A stretch of DNA of 64,000 bases from an uncultured Planctomycetota bacterium (lineage in GTDB: Bacteria; Planctomycetota; Planctomycetia; Isosphaerales; Isosphaeraceae), in NCBI GenBank assembly GCA_963845755.1, contig CAWJTV010000009.1:96001-160000 (forward strand), given 5' to 3'. Below are positions 22,488 through 32,891 of the stretch, piece by piece. The stretch's first letter is position 1; every line of letters begins with the position of its first letter. A program made the position numbers and the translations under genes. The notes beneath the pieces were generated by a model. The model did no database searches, was not told the DNA's origin, and saw only the letters and a program-made list of their open reading frames with translations.

Positions 22488-23693
22488 CTACGACTTCGTA
22501 GCCATCGCGATGGTCCTGAAGACCTTCGCCTCGAACGACCGACTGAGCTGTTCCGCCAGGCTGGCCATCTCTTCGGCGTCGCGCATCGTCTGGTTGCGCT
22601 GATAGAGCTTCTCGTAACGCGCCTGGAGTTGGCCGATCGCGGTCTTCTTGCGCCGGTAATCACCGCGCGATCCGGTTGGCCTTCTCTGATCGCGATCGCC
22701 TCCAGACGATCGAGAGCGGCGAGATCGGCCGAATCGAGCTCAACCAGGCGTTCCAGGGCCCGCCGTTCCGCGTCGAGATCACCGTCAAACGCGGCGAGCG
22801 CGGCGGTCATCCGTTGGACCTGGGCCGGATTCGACTCGGCGGCCGGCAGATGCCCCATCGCCTGGCGCACGTCCGCAGACCGGTGGGTCGCCAGCGCCCA
22901 ATCCAGCCGGGCACGCCAGACCGGGACATCGTCGGGACGCTGTTGGGAACAGGCTTCGATCAATCGCGCAGGCCTCGTCGTACGCGCCGTCGCGGATCGC
23001 CAGTCTGGCCTTCCCCAACCAGACCCGGTCGTCCGCCGGGGCCGACCGTCCGGCTTGATCGAGGAACGCACGGATCTCCTCCGTCGTCGGGGTCTGGATG
23101 TGGAGGCGCACCAGGAGAATGGCCGACGCCGATGCCCCTTCGCCCGCCGCGTTCAAGCGATCCCAGCACTCCTCGATCACTCGCTCCCGGTCCTCGACGC
23201 GACCTTGCAGCGAATACACCAACCCGAGAAACAGGCCCAATTTCGATCCGTCGCCACGCGGATCGGACATCGCTCGGGTGATCAACGTCTCGGCATCGGC
23301 GAGCCGACCCCGCTCGATGAGCAATTGCATTCGTCCTTGAATCGCCTGTGCGCCGAACGGAGAACCCGGAGGGACCCGTTCCCAGGCCCCGAAGGCGGCC
23401 TGGGCCTGTCCCCTCGCCTTCTCGCACACGCCCAACAGGTAGGTCGCCTCATCCGAGTCGGGCTTCCACGCCAACAGCATCGCCGCCTTCCGCGCCGCGT
23501 GGCCATGTCGACCGGCGCGGATCTCCTGCTTGATGTCGAACATGGCCCGCCGATAGCGCCGGACCTCCCACAGTTTCCAGACACCGCCGATCAAGGCCGC
23601 GGCCGCGACCGTCAGGAGCACGACCCGTCGCGCCCGCGCCGGTCGGCCAGTCGCCTCCGCCCTGGTCTCGACTGCGATCTTTGCCATCCCCAT
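22488..23693 (-). CDS. Membrane-anchored TPR protein, paralog of 18759-20114; apparent frameshifts
   Basis: YLLGVCEKARG, DDRVWLGKARLAI, QQRPDDVPVW, LAEQLSRSFEAKVF..TKS*; joined across frames. Confidence 0.75.
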
Positions 23694-23901
23694 CCCCGAC
23701 GGTCCTCCTTCCAACGCGCCAGGCTGACGCCACTCGTCTGATTCTACTACCAGGTTGCGGCTCTCAGCACCTGGTCGCCGACCGATCCCGTCCATCCGAC
23801 CGCGGCTTGTCTGACAACCCGGACAGCGCTATCATGGAACTTGCGGATCGAGCACCGAACGAGTCGATTCCGCACCCGCGCGGCAGCACCTGGCCATTTC
23901 A

Positions 23902-23966
23902 GTAGGGTGCTCTGCGAGCACCGCGAAGGGCCGTCAACATGGATCGGTGCTCAGAGGGCACCCGAC
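23902..23966. repeat. GTAG-type REP doublet
   Basis: GTAGGGTGCTCTGCGAGCACC ... GGTGCTCAGAGGGCACCCGAC; same family as 2667 and 32229. Confidence 0.75.
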
Positions 23967-25878
23967 TGGGGGACGAGTGGGGCGATTTCCGGTGCTGATC
24001 GTGTCGGTCTGGTGCGGGCTCGTCTCGGGACTGCTCGAGGTCGGTACGATCGTCGTACGCAAGCGGACGTTCGATCCCAATCAGCTTTACGAGATGAGCC
24101 GCCATTTCGTGTGGCTGATCCCGCTGACCAACCTGTGCCTCTTCCTGGCACTGGGCGTCACGTTGAAACTCCTCGCTCGCGCCTGGCCTCGCCGGGTGGA
24201 CTGGCTGGCGCCTCGTTTGCTCGCCTCGTTGACATTGCTGCCGCCCCTCCTGGTCGGCCTGCCGCGGATCCACGGACTGGCCTGGTTCGCCGTGACCCTG
24301 GGGGTCGCGGCGCGGCTGGTCCCGGCCCTGGAGCGGCATGCCGCCGGATTCCGTCGCCTGTTGCGTCTCAGCTTTCCCATCGTCGCCGGCCTCGTTCTGG
24401 TCCTGGCGGCGACGTCCTGGGGCGGAGATCGGATCAGAGAGTGGCGCCAGGGCAGGAGGCCGCTGCCGGCACCCGGCTCCCCCAATGTTCTCCTGGTCGT
24501 GCTGGACACCGTCGCGGCCGAACACCTGAGCCTCTACGGCTACGGACGACCCACCAGCCCGGCCCTGGTCGAGCTGGCCGGGCGGGGGATTCGCTTCGAT
24601 CGCGCGCAGGCGACCTCGTCATGGACGCTGCCATCTCACGCAAGTATGTTTACCGGCCGTTGGCCCCACGAGCTCTCGGCCGGCTGGCTCTCGCCGCTGG
24701 ATGGCACCTTCCCGACTCTGGCCGAGTTCCTGGGTTCGCGCGGCTACGCCACCGCCGGCTTTGTCGGCAATTGCTGGTATTGTGCGTCCGACTCCGGCCT
24801 CGGGCGAGGCTTCACCGCTTACGAGGACTACGTCTTTCCGAGGCTGACCGCCTGCAAGGCGGCGTCCCTGGTCGATCGGACCGTCAACGGGATCCGGGCG
24901 ATGGAACGGTTCCTCGAAGATCGGCTGGACATCGACGTCTTGCGAGTGCCCGTGGAACGCCTCTTCCAGCTAGTCAACGCCGATCGCAAGGAGGCGACGG
25001 GCGTCAATCGCGAATTCCTCGATTGGTTGGCCCGGCGCCGGCAGCCGGAGCGGCCATTCTTCGCCTTCCTGAACTACTACGATGCCCATTCGCCGTATGA
25101 TCTCCCGTCCACGAGGATTCACCGCTTCGGGAGCCAGTCCGTCGACCCGCGCGACGGCGACATGATCCAGGGATGGTGGTCGCTCGACAAGACGGCGATC
25201 TCCCCGCGAGATATCGCGCTGGCCCACGATGCCTACGATGACTGCATCGTGGACCTCGATGAACAACTGGGCCGCTTGTTCGACGAGCTCGGCCGTCGCG
25301 CGGTCCTCGACACGACCTGGGTGATCCTCGTGGCCGATCACGGCGAGAGCTTCGGCGAGCATGCCGGCGTCTTCTGCCATGGGACGAGCCTGTATCAGAC
25401 GGAGTTGCATGTCCCCCTGGTGATCATCCCTCCCGGCGGTCTCCCGTCGAAACGGGTCGTGACCGAGCCGGTGAGCCTTCGGGATCTGGCGGCCACGATC
25501 GTCGACGTGCTGGATTTCCAGGCCGGCTCCCCCTTCCCCGGCAAGTCGCTGGCGCGATTCTGGGACCGGTCATCTCTGTCCCCGTCGGCGCCCGCCGAGC
25601 GGGCACTCTCCGAGGTGGTCCCGATCGACCCGCTCAACCCGGACCCCCTGGAGATGGTCAAGCCGCACTGGCCGATCGCCGCCGTGATCGAGGGGGGCTG
25701 GGCCTACATCCGCCGCGAAGCCGACGGCCACGAGGAGCTCTTTCACCTGCGCGAAGATGCCAAGGAATCGCATAACCTCGCCGGTAGCCCGACGGCGCAC
25801 TCCGACCTCGAGCGGATGCGCGGGTCGTTGAGCGGGCTCACGGCCGGTCCGCTCACGCCGCAACGGTTCCGTCCATGA
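23947..25878 (+). CDS. Membrane-anchored sulfatase-like enzyme (Thr-type), paralog 3
   Basis: PNVLLVVLDTVAAE, WTLPSHASMFTG, VADHGE; C-terminus LTAGPLTPQRF shared with paralog 2; start lies inside a REP. Confidence 0.88.
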   Translation: MLRGHPTGGRVGRFPVLIVSVWCGLVSGLLEVGTIVVRKRTFDPNQLYEMSRHFVWLIPLTNLCLFLALGVTLKLLARAWPRRVDWLAPRLLASLTLLPPLLVGLPRIHGLAWFAVTLGVAARLVPALERHAAGFRRLLRLSFPIVAGLVLVLAATSWGGDRIREWRQGRRPLPAPGSPNVLLVVLDTVAAEHLSLYGYGRPTSPALVELAGRGIRFDRAQATSSWTLPSHASMFTGRWPHELSAGWLSPLDGTFPTLAEFLGSRGYATAGFVGNCWYCASDSGLGRGFTAYEDYVFPRLTACKAASLVDRTVNGIRAMERFLEDRLDIDVLRVPVERLFQLVNADRKEATGVNREFLDWLARRRQPERPFFAFLNYYDAHSPYDLPSTRIHRFGSQSVDPRDGDMIQGWWSLDKTAISPRDIALAHDAYDDCIVDLDEQLGRLFDELGRRAVLDTTWVILVADHGESFGEHAGVFCHGTSLYQTELHVPLVIIPPGGLPSKRVVTEPVSLRDLAATIVDVLDFQAGSPFPGKSLARFWDRSSLSPSAPAERALSEVVPIDPLNPDPLEMVKPHWPIAAVIEGGWAYIRREADGHEELFHLREDAKESHNLAGSPTAHSDLERMRGSLSGLTAGPLTPQRFRP

Positions 25879-25928
25879 GGCCGGATGACAATCGGCGCGC
25901 TCGAGACGTGCCCGCCCGTCCGAGACAC

Positions 25929-25961
25929 TTGACAATTGTAAGTTTATGTCGTACAAATGTC
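25929..25961 (+). promoter_or_regulatory. sigma70 promoter overlapped by two BlaI/MecI/CopY-like boxes
   Basis: TTGACA-N17-TACAAA; GACAATTGTA (25931) and TACAAATGTC (25952) each one mismatch from TACAnnTGTA. Confidence 0.55.
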
Positions 25962-26037
25962 GTCGGGCGCGAGAGCCCTGTCTCTCGAGGGTTCCAGGGT
26001 TTGAACGCGTCCCGCCGAGTTTCCCAGGAGTCATCCC

Positions 26038-27419
26038 GTGCCGCGAACTCTTCGCTGCCTCGCCGCGGTTTCGGTACTCGCACTTCCTTGCCTTGCCGAG
26101 CAGACGGGCTCGGCCTCGGAGATGCTGATCCGGTTAAACGTACAGCCGCGCCGGCCCCCAAACCGGCGTTGCGGTACCAGCTCTTGCCCGAGCTGAAGGA
26201 AATGCATCCCGGCAATCCGATCCAGCACTACATGAAGGCGATGATGGTGCAGAAGAAATTCTTCTTCGACGAAGAGGCGTTTCAGCACCGCGAGAAGCTG
26301 CTGGCGATGCCGCTCGAGGAGCTGCCCGCGCAGGAGCTGAAGGAATACGGCCGGTTCGCGCTGAGTCAGGTCGATTGGGCCGCCCGGCTCGACAATCCGG
26401 ATTGGCAGATCCTGCTGAAGCTGAGGGCCGACGGGATCGGCCTTCTGCTCCCGGAGGTACAGCAGCTCCGCTCCCTGGCCAGGGCACTCCAGGTGCGGTT
26501 CCGGGCCGAAATCGCCCAGGCACGCTTCGACGATGCGCTCCGAACCGCCAAGACCCTGTTCGCCATCTCGCGACACCTGGGCGTGCATCCGACGATCATT
26601 GGCGATCTGGTGGGTATGGCGATCGCCGCGGTGGCCACGAACCACCTGGAGGAGATGCTGGAGCAGCCCGGCTGCCCCAACCTTTACTGGGCGCTGACGA
26701 ACTTGCCGAGCCCCCTGATTCCTCTGAACCAGGGTATGGATGGCGAGCGGGTGATGCACCAGTGGATCTTCCGCGACCTGAACGACAGCGTCCCGATGAG
26801 TTCGGCCCAGCTCCATCGGTTTCTCGCGGACAAGGACGCCATCCTCGCGGATGAGAATTCCACCAAGCCCGGCGTGTGGGCGTGGCTGAACGCGCGGACC
26901 AAGGATAAGGAGGTCGTCAGCGCCGCCCGCCGCCGCCTCGTCGAGTATGGCTTCCCGGAGGAGCGTCTGACGCGCTTTCCGGCCGAGCAGGTGATCCTCC
27001 TGGATGAGAAGCGAGAGCTGGAAGTCCGCTTCGACGACGACAGGAAAACCGTAAACTTTCCCTACTGGCAGGTCGAAGCGCTGACGGTCCAGGGCACGTC
27101 GAAGAAGCCGCCGGCACTTTTCGCCGATGCCCTGGTGCCGGCCTTGCGCAACGTCCGCCAGTCGCAGGTACGACTGGACCAGCGGATCGCGCTGCTGCGA
27201 CACATCGAGGCCCTGCGCCTCCATGCCGCGGAACACGAGGGCGCACTCCCCGCGAAACTCTCCGACATCGCCGTGCCGCTGCCGGTTGACCCGGTCACCG
27301 GCAAGCCGTTCCGCTACGAAGCCACCGGCAACACGGCCCACCTCCGCGGCAGTCCGCCCACCGGCCTGGAGAATGTCCCCGTGTTCAATCCCCATTACGA
27401 GGTGACCTTGCAGAAGTAG
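26038..27419 (+). CDS. Secreted helical hypothetical protein, paralog A; apparent frameshift ~26148
   Basis: AGGAG RBS and GTG 26038 give MPRTLRCLAAVSVLALPCLA signal, joining APAPKPALRYQLLP; PNLYWALT, EALRLHAA, PVDPVTGKPFRY. Confidence 0.8.
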
Positions 27420-27477
27420 TGCAGGGGATGCGCCTGTCCCAGCTTCTCTCATCATTCGCCGCCGGGAGTCTTTCGCA

Positions 27478-28929
27478 ATGACTCGCGTTCTCGTGACCGC
27501 CTTGGCGCTGGCCGCGTTTCCGCTCGATTCCCACGGTGAGGATGCGCCCGTCCATCTCACGGTGCAGCCGATGCCGGCGCCGATGCCCGCGCTCAAGTAT
27601 CAGCTCCTGCCGGAATTGAGGGAGTTGAACCCCGGCAATGCCGCCCAGAATTACCTGAAGTGCTTCATGGAGCAGCGGCATTTCTTCTACAACACCGAGG
27701 CCGCGGCCGAACGTGCCCGCTACCAGACCATGCCGCTCGCCGAACTGCCGTTGGAGAAGCTGCGCAATTATGGCGGCGGTGCGCTCAAGCAGGCGGACTG
27801 GGCCGCCCGGCTGGATGCACTCGACTGGCAGACCCTCGAGCGAATTCAGAACGACGACGGGAAAACGCTGCCTGATGAACTGGGGCCATTCCAGGATCTG
27901 GCGGCGGCGCTCCAGGTCCGGTTCCGGGCCGAGGTGGCCGAGCGGCACTTCGACGACGCACTCCGCACCGCCAAGACGATGTTCGCGCTGGGCCGTCACC
28001 TGGGCGAGCACTCCACGGAGGTCGCGGACCTGGTCGGGCTCTGGGTCGCGCATCTCGGCCTCGGCACGCTCGAAGAAATGGTGCAACAGCCGGAATGCCC
28101 CAACCTCTACTGGGCGCTGACCGATCTGCCTTCCCCTCTGGTGGATCTGCGCAAGGGCGTACAGGGAAATCGCACGCTGGTGGCGGCCGACCTGCGGTCG
28201 CTGCACGACGACCTCTCCATGACCGAATCCGAGCTGGAACAGTTCGTGAGTCACCTGTCCGGCGTGCTGGGTTACGCGCGAGCCCAGTCGGGCCAATCGC
28301 CCCGAAATCTGCGCGCCCGACTGCAAGCGCGAGTCAAGGATGCGGAGCAGGTTCGTGCGGCCCGCCAACGCCTGGTCGAGGCATGTCATAAGCCGGATTT
28401 GAACTTCACCTCAACCCCCTTCTCGCTGAAGAACGTGCTCCAACGCCTGGTCGAGGCGGGTCCCGGGCCGGGTCTGGTCACGACCTTCCCACCCACGCAG
28501 GTCATCCTGCTGGACGAGAGGCGCGTCTACGAGATCCAGCGCGACGAACGCATGAAGCTCCTGGCCCTACCGCTCTGGCAGATCGACAGCCTGGCCGGCG
28601 GTAAGGCGGGGGCGGCCGAAGGAGAAGGAATCCTCGCCGATCTCCTGCCCCATGTCATCAAGCTCCGTCAGGCCCAGGGACATCTGGAGCAACAGATCGC
28701 CCTCCTGCGGCACGTCGAGGCCCTGCGTCTCTACGCTGCGGAGCACGACGGCAAGCTGCCTGCGAAGCTGTCCGACATCGCCGTGCCGCTGCCGGTCGAC
28801 CCGGTCACCGGCAAGTCGTTCGCTTATATGCTCGAGGGAGTGACCGCCCACATTCGCGGCAGTTCGCTCCCTGCCGAGTCGAGCGATCCCGGAGCCCACG
28901 TCCATTACGCTCTGACGATCCGGAAATGA
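27478..28929 (+). CDS. Secreted helical hypothetical protein, paralog B
   Basis: Signal peptide; PALKYQLLPEL, CPNLYWALT, LPVDPVTGK shared with paralog A. Confidence 0.82.
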   Translation: MTRVLVTALALAAFPLDSHGEDAPVHLTVQPMPAPMPALKYQLLPELRELNPGNAAQNYLKCFMEQRHFFYNTEAAAERARYQTMPLAELPLEKLRNYGGGALKQADWAARLDALDWQTLERIQNDDGKTLPDELGPFQDLAAALQVRFRAEVAERHFDDALRTAKTMFALGRHLGEHSTEVADLVGLWVAHLGLGTLEEMVQQPECPNLYWALTDLPSPLVDLRKGVQGNRTLVAADLRSLHDDLSMTESELEQFVSHLSGVLGYARAQSGQSPRNLRARLQARVKDAEQVRAARQRLVEACHKPDLNFTSTPFSLKNVLQRLVEAGPGPGLVTTFPPTQVILLDERRVYEIQRDERMKLLALPLWQIDSLAGGKAGAAEGEGILADLLPHVIKLRQAQGHLEQQIALLRHVEALRLYAAEHDGKLPAKLSDIAVPLPVDPVTGKSFAYMLEGVTAHIRGSSLPAESSDPGAHVHYALTIRK

Positions 28930-28986
28930 CAAATTCAAAATTGGAGATTTATAAAAACCACGGCAGTGCTGGACATTACATTCATT

Positions 28987-29035
28987 GAATCTGGAATCAT
29001 CGGAATCTGGAATCTGGAATCTGGAATCTGGAATC
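28987..29035. repeat. Heptamer tandem repeat (GGAATCT)n
   Basis: ggaatct repeated about 4-5 times; related heptamers at ~40015-40075 and ~52510-52560. Confidence 0.7.
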
Positions 29036-29100
29036 CTCTATCCGAGGCATTCCCATCCTCCCAGTCGGGGTGGGCCGCAACGCGGCAACCGAGGTGCTTC

Positions 29101-30639
29101 ATGAGACCGATGTTACCGACGCTGAACCAGATCGACCCCGCCGAGGCCTGGCAGCCCTGGCAGCCGACGGCGGCGGATCCCTGGGGACGGAAATGGGCGG
29201 CCCATCTTTACCGGCGCGCAGCCTTCGGGGCCAATCGCGAGGACCTTCGGGAGGCCGAGTGTCTCGGCATTCAAGGCACCCTCGACCTTCTGTTCCAGGG
29301 GAAGCCCTATGCGACCGAGATCCTGGAAACCTTGATCGACGTCGGCCGAATCGCTGCCGACGACGATGAGGAGGGCGACCAACTTCGCGGCTGGTGGCTC
29401 TACTGCATGCTCCAGGGCGGCCACCCGCTCCGCGAAAAGCTCACCCTCTTCTGGCACAACCACTTCGCCACCAGCCTCACCAAGGTGCAACAACCGACCC
29501 TGATGTTCGGCCAGAATTGCCTGCTGCGCACGCATGCTCTCGGTCGGTTCGGTCCCTTGCTCCAGGCGATCAGTCGGGACGGGGCCATGATGGTCTGGCT
29601 CGATTCCAACAGCAACGTCCAGGGGAAGCCGAACGAGAATTATGCGCGCGAGCTGATGGAGCTATTTAGCCTGGGCGTTGGCCACTACCAGGAGAAGGAC
29701 ATCCGCGAGGCCGCTCGCGCCTTCACCGGCTGGAGGACCGACGGAGCGGGCTTCCGGTTCGACGCCCGTCTGCACGATAGCGGCCCCAAGACCGTCCTGG
29801 GCCAGACGGGGGCCTGGGATGGCGGCGACGTGGTGCGCATCCTCCTGGAGCAGCCGGCGGCGGCCCGCTTCCTGGTTCGCAAGCTCTACCACTTCCTGGT
29901 GAGTGAGAAAGCCGCGCCGCCCGACGCCCTGCTCGAGCCGCTCTGCACGTCGTTTCGCAAGAGTAACTACGACATCGCCGGACTGGTCAGGACCATCCTG
30001 GCGTCGCGGCATTTCTACTCGGATCACGCCTTCCGGCGGCGGGTCAAGGGACCGGTGGAATTCGTACTGGGCGCGGTCCAGGCGGTGTATCGGCGCTATG
30101 GCGAGCTCGAGCCGGACTTCCGGTCGTTGCCGCAGCAGGTGCTGGTCGATCGGCTGAGTGCCATGGGTCAGATCCTGTTCGCGCCGCCCAACGTCAAGGG
30201 CTGGCCGGGAGGCCCGTCCTGGCTGAATACCTCCACGGTCCTCCAGCGCGATAACTTCGCCGGGGCCCTGGCGATGGGCACGCTCTGGTTCAACGCGTCT
30301 CCCGAGACGGCCGCCGCGACGGAGGGGGCACACGCCACTTCGGGCCAGTCGACGGGCAAACCCCATCCGTCGGCCGCGTCCGGGGACCTGCCCCAGGAGC
30401 CGGCGCCGCCCCTGGCCTTCGACCCGGCCCGGCTCCTGGCCGAGGAGGGCGTGAGTCGTCCCGAGGACGTCGTCCGCGCGCTCCTGGACCTCTATCTACC
30501 CGGCGGCGTCCGCACCGAGGCTCGCACGAAGCTCGTGAACTTCGTGGCCGCGGGGAATCCCTCCGGCCCGGCCCTGGACCGTCGCGTGCGCGAGGCCGTC
30601 CACGCCATCCTGGCCATGGCGGAATATCAGCTAGCGTAA
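29101..30639 (+). CDS. DUF1800 family protein
   Basis: AAHLYRRAAFG, REKLTLFWHNHFATS, PNENYARELMELFSLG, PPNVKGW. Confidence 0.93.
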   Translation: MRPMLPTLNQIDPAEAWQPWQPTAADPWGRKWAAHLYRRAAFGANREDLREAECLGIQGTLDLLFQGKPYATEILETLIDVGRIAADDDEEGDQLRGWWLYCMLQGGHPLREKLTLFWHNHFATSLTKVQQPTLMFGQNCLLRTHALGRFGPLLQAISRDGAMMVWLDSNSNVQGKPNENYARELMELFSLGVGHYQEKDIREAARAFTGWRTDGAGFRFDARLHDSGPKTVLGQTGAWDGGDVVRILLEQPAAARFLVRKLYHFLVSEKAAPPDALLEPLCTSFRKSNYDIAGLVRTILASRHFYSDHAFRRRVKGPVEFVLGAVQAVYRRYGELEPDFRSLPQQVLVDRLSAMGQILFAPPNVKGWPGGPSWLNTSTVLQRDNFAGALAMGTLWFNASPETAAATEGAHATSGQSTGKPHPSAASGDLPQEPAPPLAFDPARLLAEEGVSRPEDVVRALLDLYLPGGVRTEARTKLVNFVAAGNPSGPALDRRVREAVHAILAMAEYQLA

Positions 30640-30673
30640 GAGTTGCTCATTTTTCAATCGCGGAGGACTCGCC

Positions 30674-31913
30674 ATGTTCAGCCGTTCAACGGTTTCTGAC
30701 GCAGACTTTGAAAGGCTCGTCGTTGGTGGCCTTGAATGCGATGGTCCCGCAGTTCGTGTCGCGGACCGCTCAGGCGGCCGCGCCGGGCAAGGACACCATC
30801 CTCGTCGTCCTGGAGATGACCGGCGGCAACGACGGCCTCAACACCGTCATTCCCTACGCCGACGACCTGTACCACAAGGCTCGGCCCACTCTTCGCCAGA
30901 CGAAGGACGTGGTCGTCCGGCTGGACGACCACGTCGGCTTGAACTCCGGAATGCAGGGCTTCCGGCCGATGTGGGAACATGGGGAGCTGGCGGTCGTTCA
31001 GGGCGTCGGTTATCCCAATCCCGAGCGCTCGCACTTCGAAGCCATGGACATCTGGCAGTCGGCCGATCTCAAAGGGGCTCGTACCGGCTGGCTGGGCCGG
31101 GCCGCGGTAGAGACCGACAACCGCTCGGGCGGGGTGCCGATCCTGCACCTCGGCGCGAACCAGTTGCCGCTGGCCCTGGCCGGGGCGCCGGGCGGCGGGG
31201 CGATCACCGTCAGTGACCAGAACTCCTTCCGCCTCGAGCTGGGCGGCGGAACCGCCGTTCGGCAGAAGGCCCGCCGCAAGCTGCTGGAGGAACTGGCGGC
31301 GCCGGCGGGGACGACGCGCGAGGACGACCTGGCGTCGTTCGTGCAGCGGCGGCAGGTGCAGACCCTGACGGCGGTTGAGACCCTGCGCACGCTGCTGGAA
31401 GGGCCAAACGCCATACCGCGACAGGGCGGCGGCCTCTCGCAGAAGCTGCAACTCGTGGCGGGCCTGATCGCCAAGGGCTTCGGCACGCGCATCTTCTATG
31501 TCAGCCTCGAAGGCTTCGACACGCACGCCAGCCAGGGCCCCGCGCACAGCGGCCTGCTGGGCGATTTGGCCAACTCGGTCGCGGGTTTCTTCCAGACGCT
31601 CAAGACGACCGGCCACCACGGTCGGGTGCGGTTGATGACCTTCTCGGAGTTCGGCCGCCGCGTGAAGGAGAACGGCAGTCGGGGCACCGACCACGGTGCC
31701 GCCTCGTGCTTGTTCGTGGCCGGGCCATCGGTCAAGGGGGGCGTCGTCGGCAAGCATCCCAGCCTGGCGGACCTGGACGACGACGACCTGAAGTTCCACA
31801 CCGACTTCCGCCGGATCTATGCGACCCTGCTCGACGGATGGTTGGGCTGCGACAGCAAGGCCGTGCTGGGCGCGAAGTGGGACCCCGTGAAGGAGTTGGC
31901 CCCCAAGGCCTGA
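30674..31913 (+). CDS. DUF1501 family protein, probable Tat substrate; frameshift near start
   Basis: GGNDGLNTVIP, SHFEAMDIW, GFDTHA, FSEFGRR, GTDHG, DFRRIYATLL; GGAGG RBS before ATG 30674. Confidence 0.92.
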
Positions 31914-32106
31914 GGAACGTGCGGATTCGGAGCCCTATCCCCCTAACGCGGCCTTCGGCCGCAACCCCATCGGGATTCCCGATTCGCGATTCCCGATTCC
32001 CGAAGGGGAATGATCCGGGAATCCGGAATCGCGAATCCGGAATCCGGAATCCCCAGATGTGCGGAGGGCGCAGGGAGCCTACGGAGGACGACTCGAACGC
32101 GGCCTT

Positions 32107-32661
32107 GGAACGCTGACGAAACAACTTCCCGGAATCGGACCAGCCCTAACTCGTTCCCACGCTCGGAATGCCGACGAAATAACTTCCCGGATTCCGGAGG
32201 TACTTAGTGACTATCTCGGAAGGTCTTTGTAGGGTGCTCTGTGAGCACCGATCCGGTGTACTTTGCCGAATTCGGTGCTCACAGAGCACCCTACGAGACG
32301 GCCATTGAGGCTTCCAGGACAGACTCGTACTTACCAGCGGGTTTTCGGGAAGTTGTTTCGTCAGCGGTCTCTGCGTGGGAATGCCTTCTTCGACGCTCTG
32401 CGTCGCGGCCTTCGGCCCCGCCCGTGGGACGCGGAGCGTCCCGGACGGCATTCCCACGCGGAGAGGCTGTGATTTTTTTGTACGACGACTGTCAGATCGG
32501 ATCAACTGTACACGATTTCGGTGCCCCTAATGAGCCCCGAATCGATGCTCAGGACGATCAACGGCGATTCGGGGCTCAATAGACAGCGTCGCCGATCAAA
32601 AAATCACAGCCTCGGAGCGTGGGAACGAGGGGAAATCGGGAGGTTGTTTCGTCAGCGTTCC
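32107..32661. mobile_element. MITE (TIR GGAACGCTGACGAAACAAC) containing two further nested MITEs (32165-32370, 32463-32613)
   Basis: Removing both inserts plus their duplications leaves 194 bp, the length of the empty copy at 36430-36623. Confidence 0.8.
32229..32294. repeat. GTAG-type REP doublet, cargo of the inner MITE
   Basis: Perfect inverted pair GTAGGGTGCTCTGTGAGCACC / GGTGCTCACAGAGCACCCTAC. Confidence 0.85.
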
Positions 32662-32891
32662 TCGGCCGCAACCCAATCGAGATTCCGGATTCCCGAAGGG
32701 GAATCAATGGGATTCCCGATTCGCGATTCCCGATTCCCGAAGGGGAATCAATTGGGATTCCCGATTCGCGATTCCGGATTCCCGAAGGGGAATGATTCGG
32801 GAATCCGGAATCTCGAATCCGGAATCTCGAATCCGGAATCCGGAATCCCCAGATGCGCGCCCGGCGCAGGGAGCCTACGGAGGAAAACTTT

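Larger units (their letters stand above)
31943..32890. mobile_element. Dimer of the TIR-less hairpin/heptamer element; second unit split by a nested MITE stack
   Basis: CTAACGCGGCCTTCGGCCGCAACCC..GGAGCCTACGGAGG twice; reverse complement of the 11504-11788 family. Confidence 0.7.
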
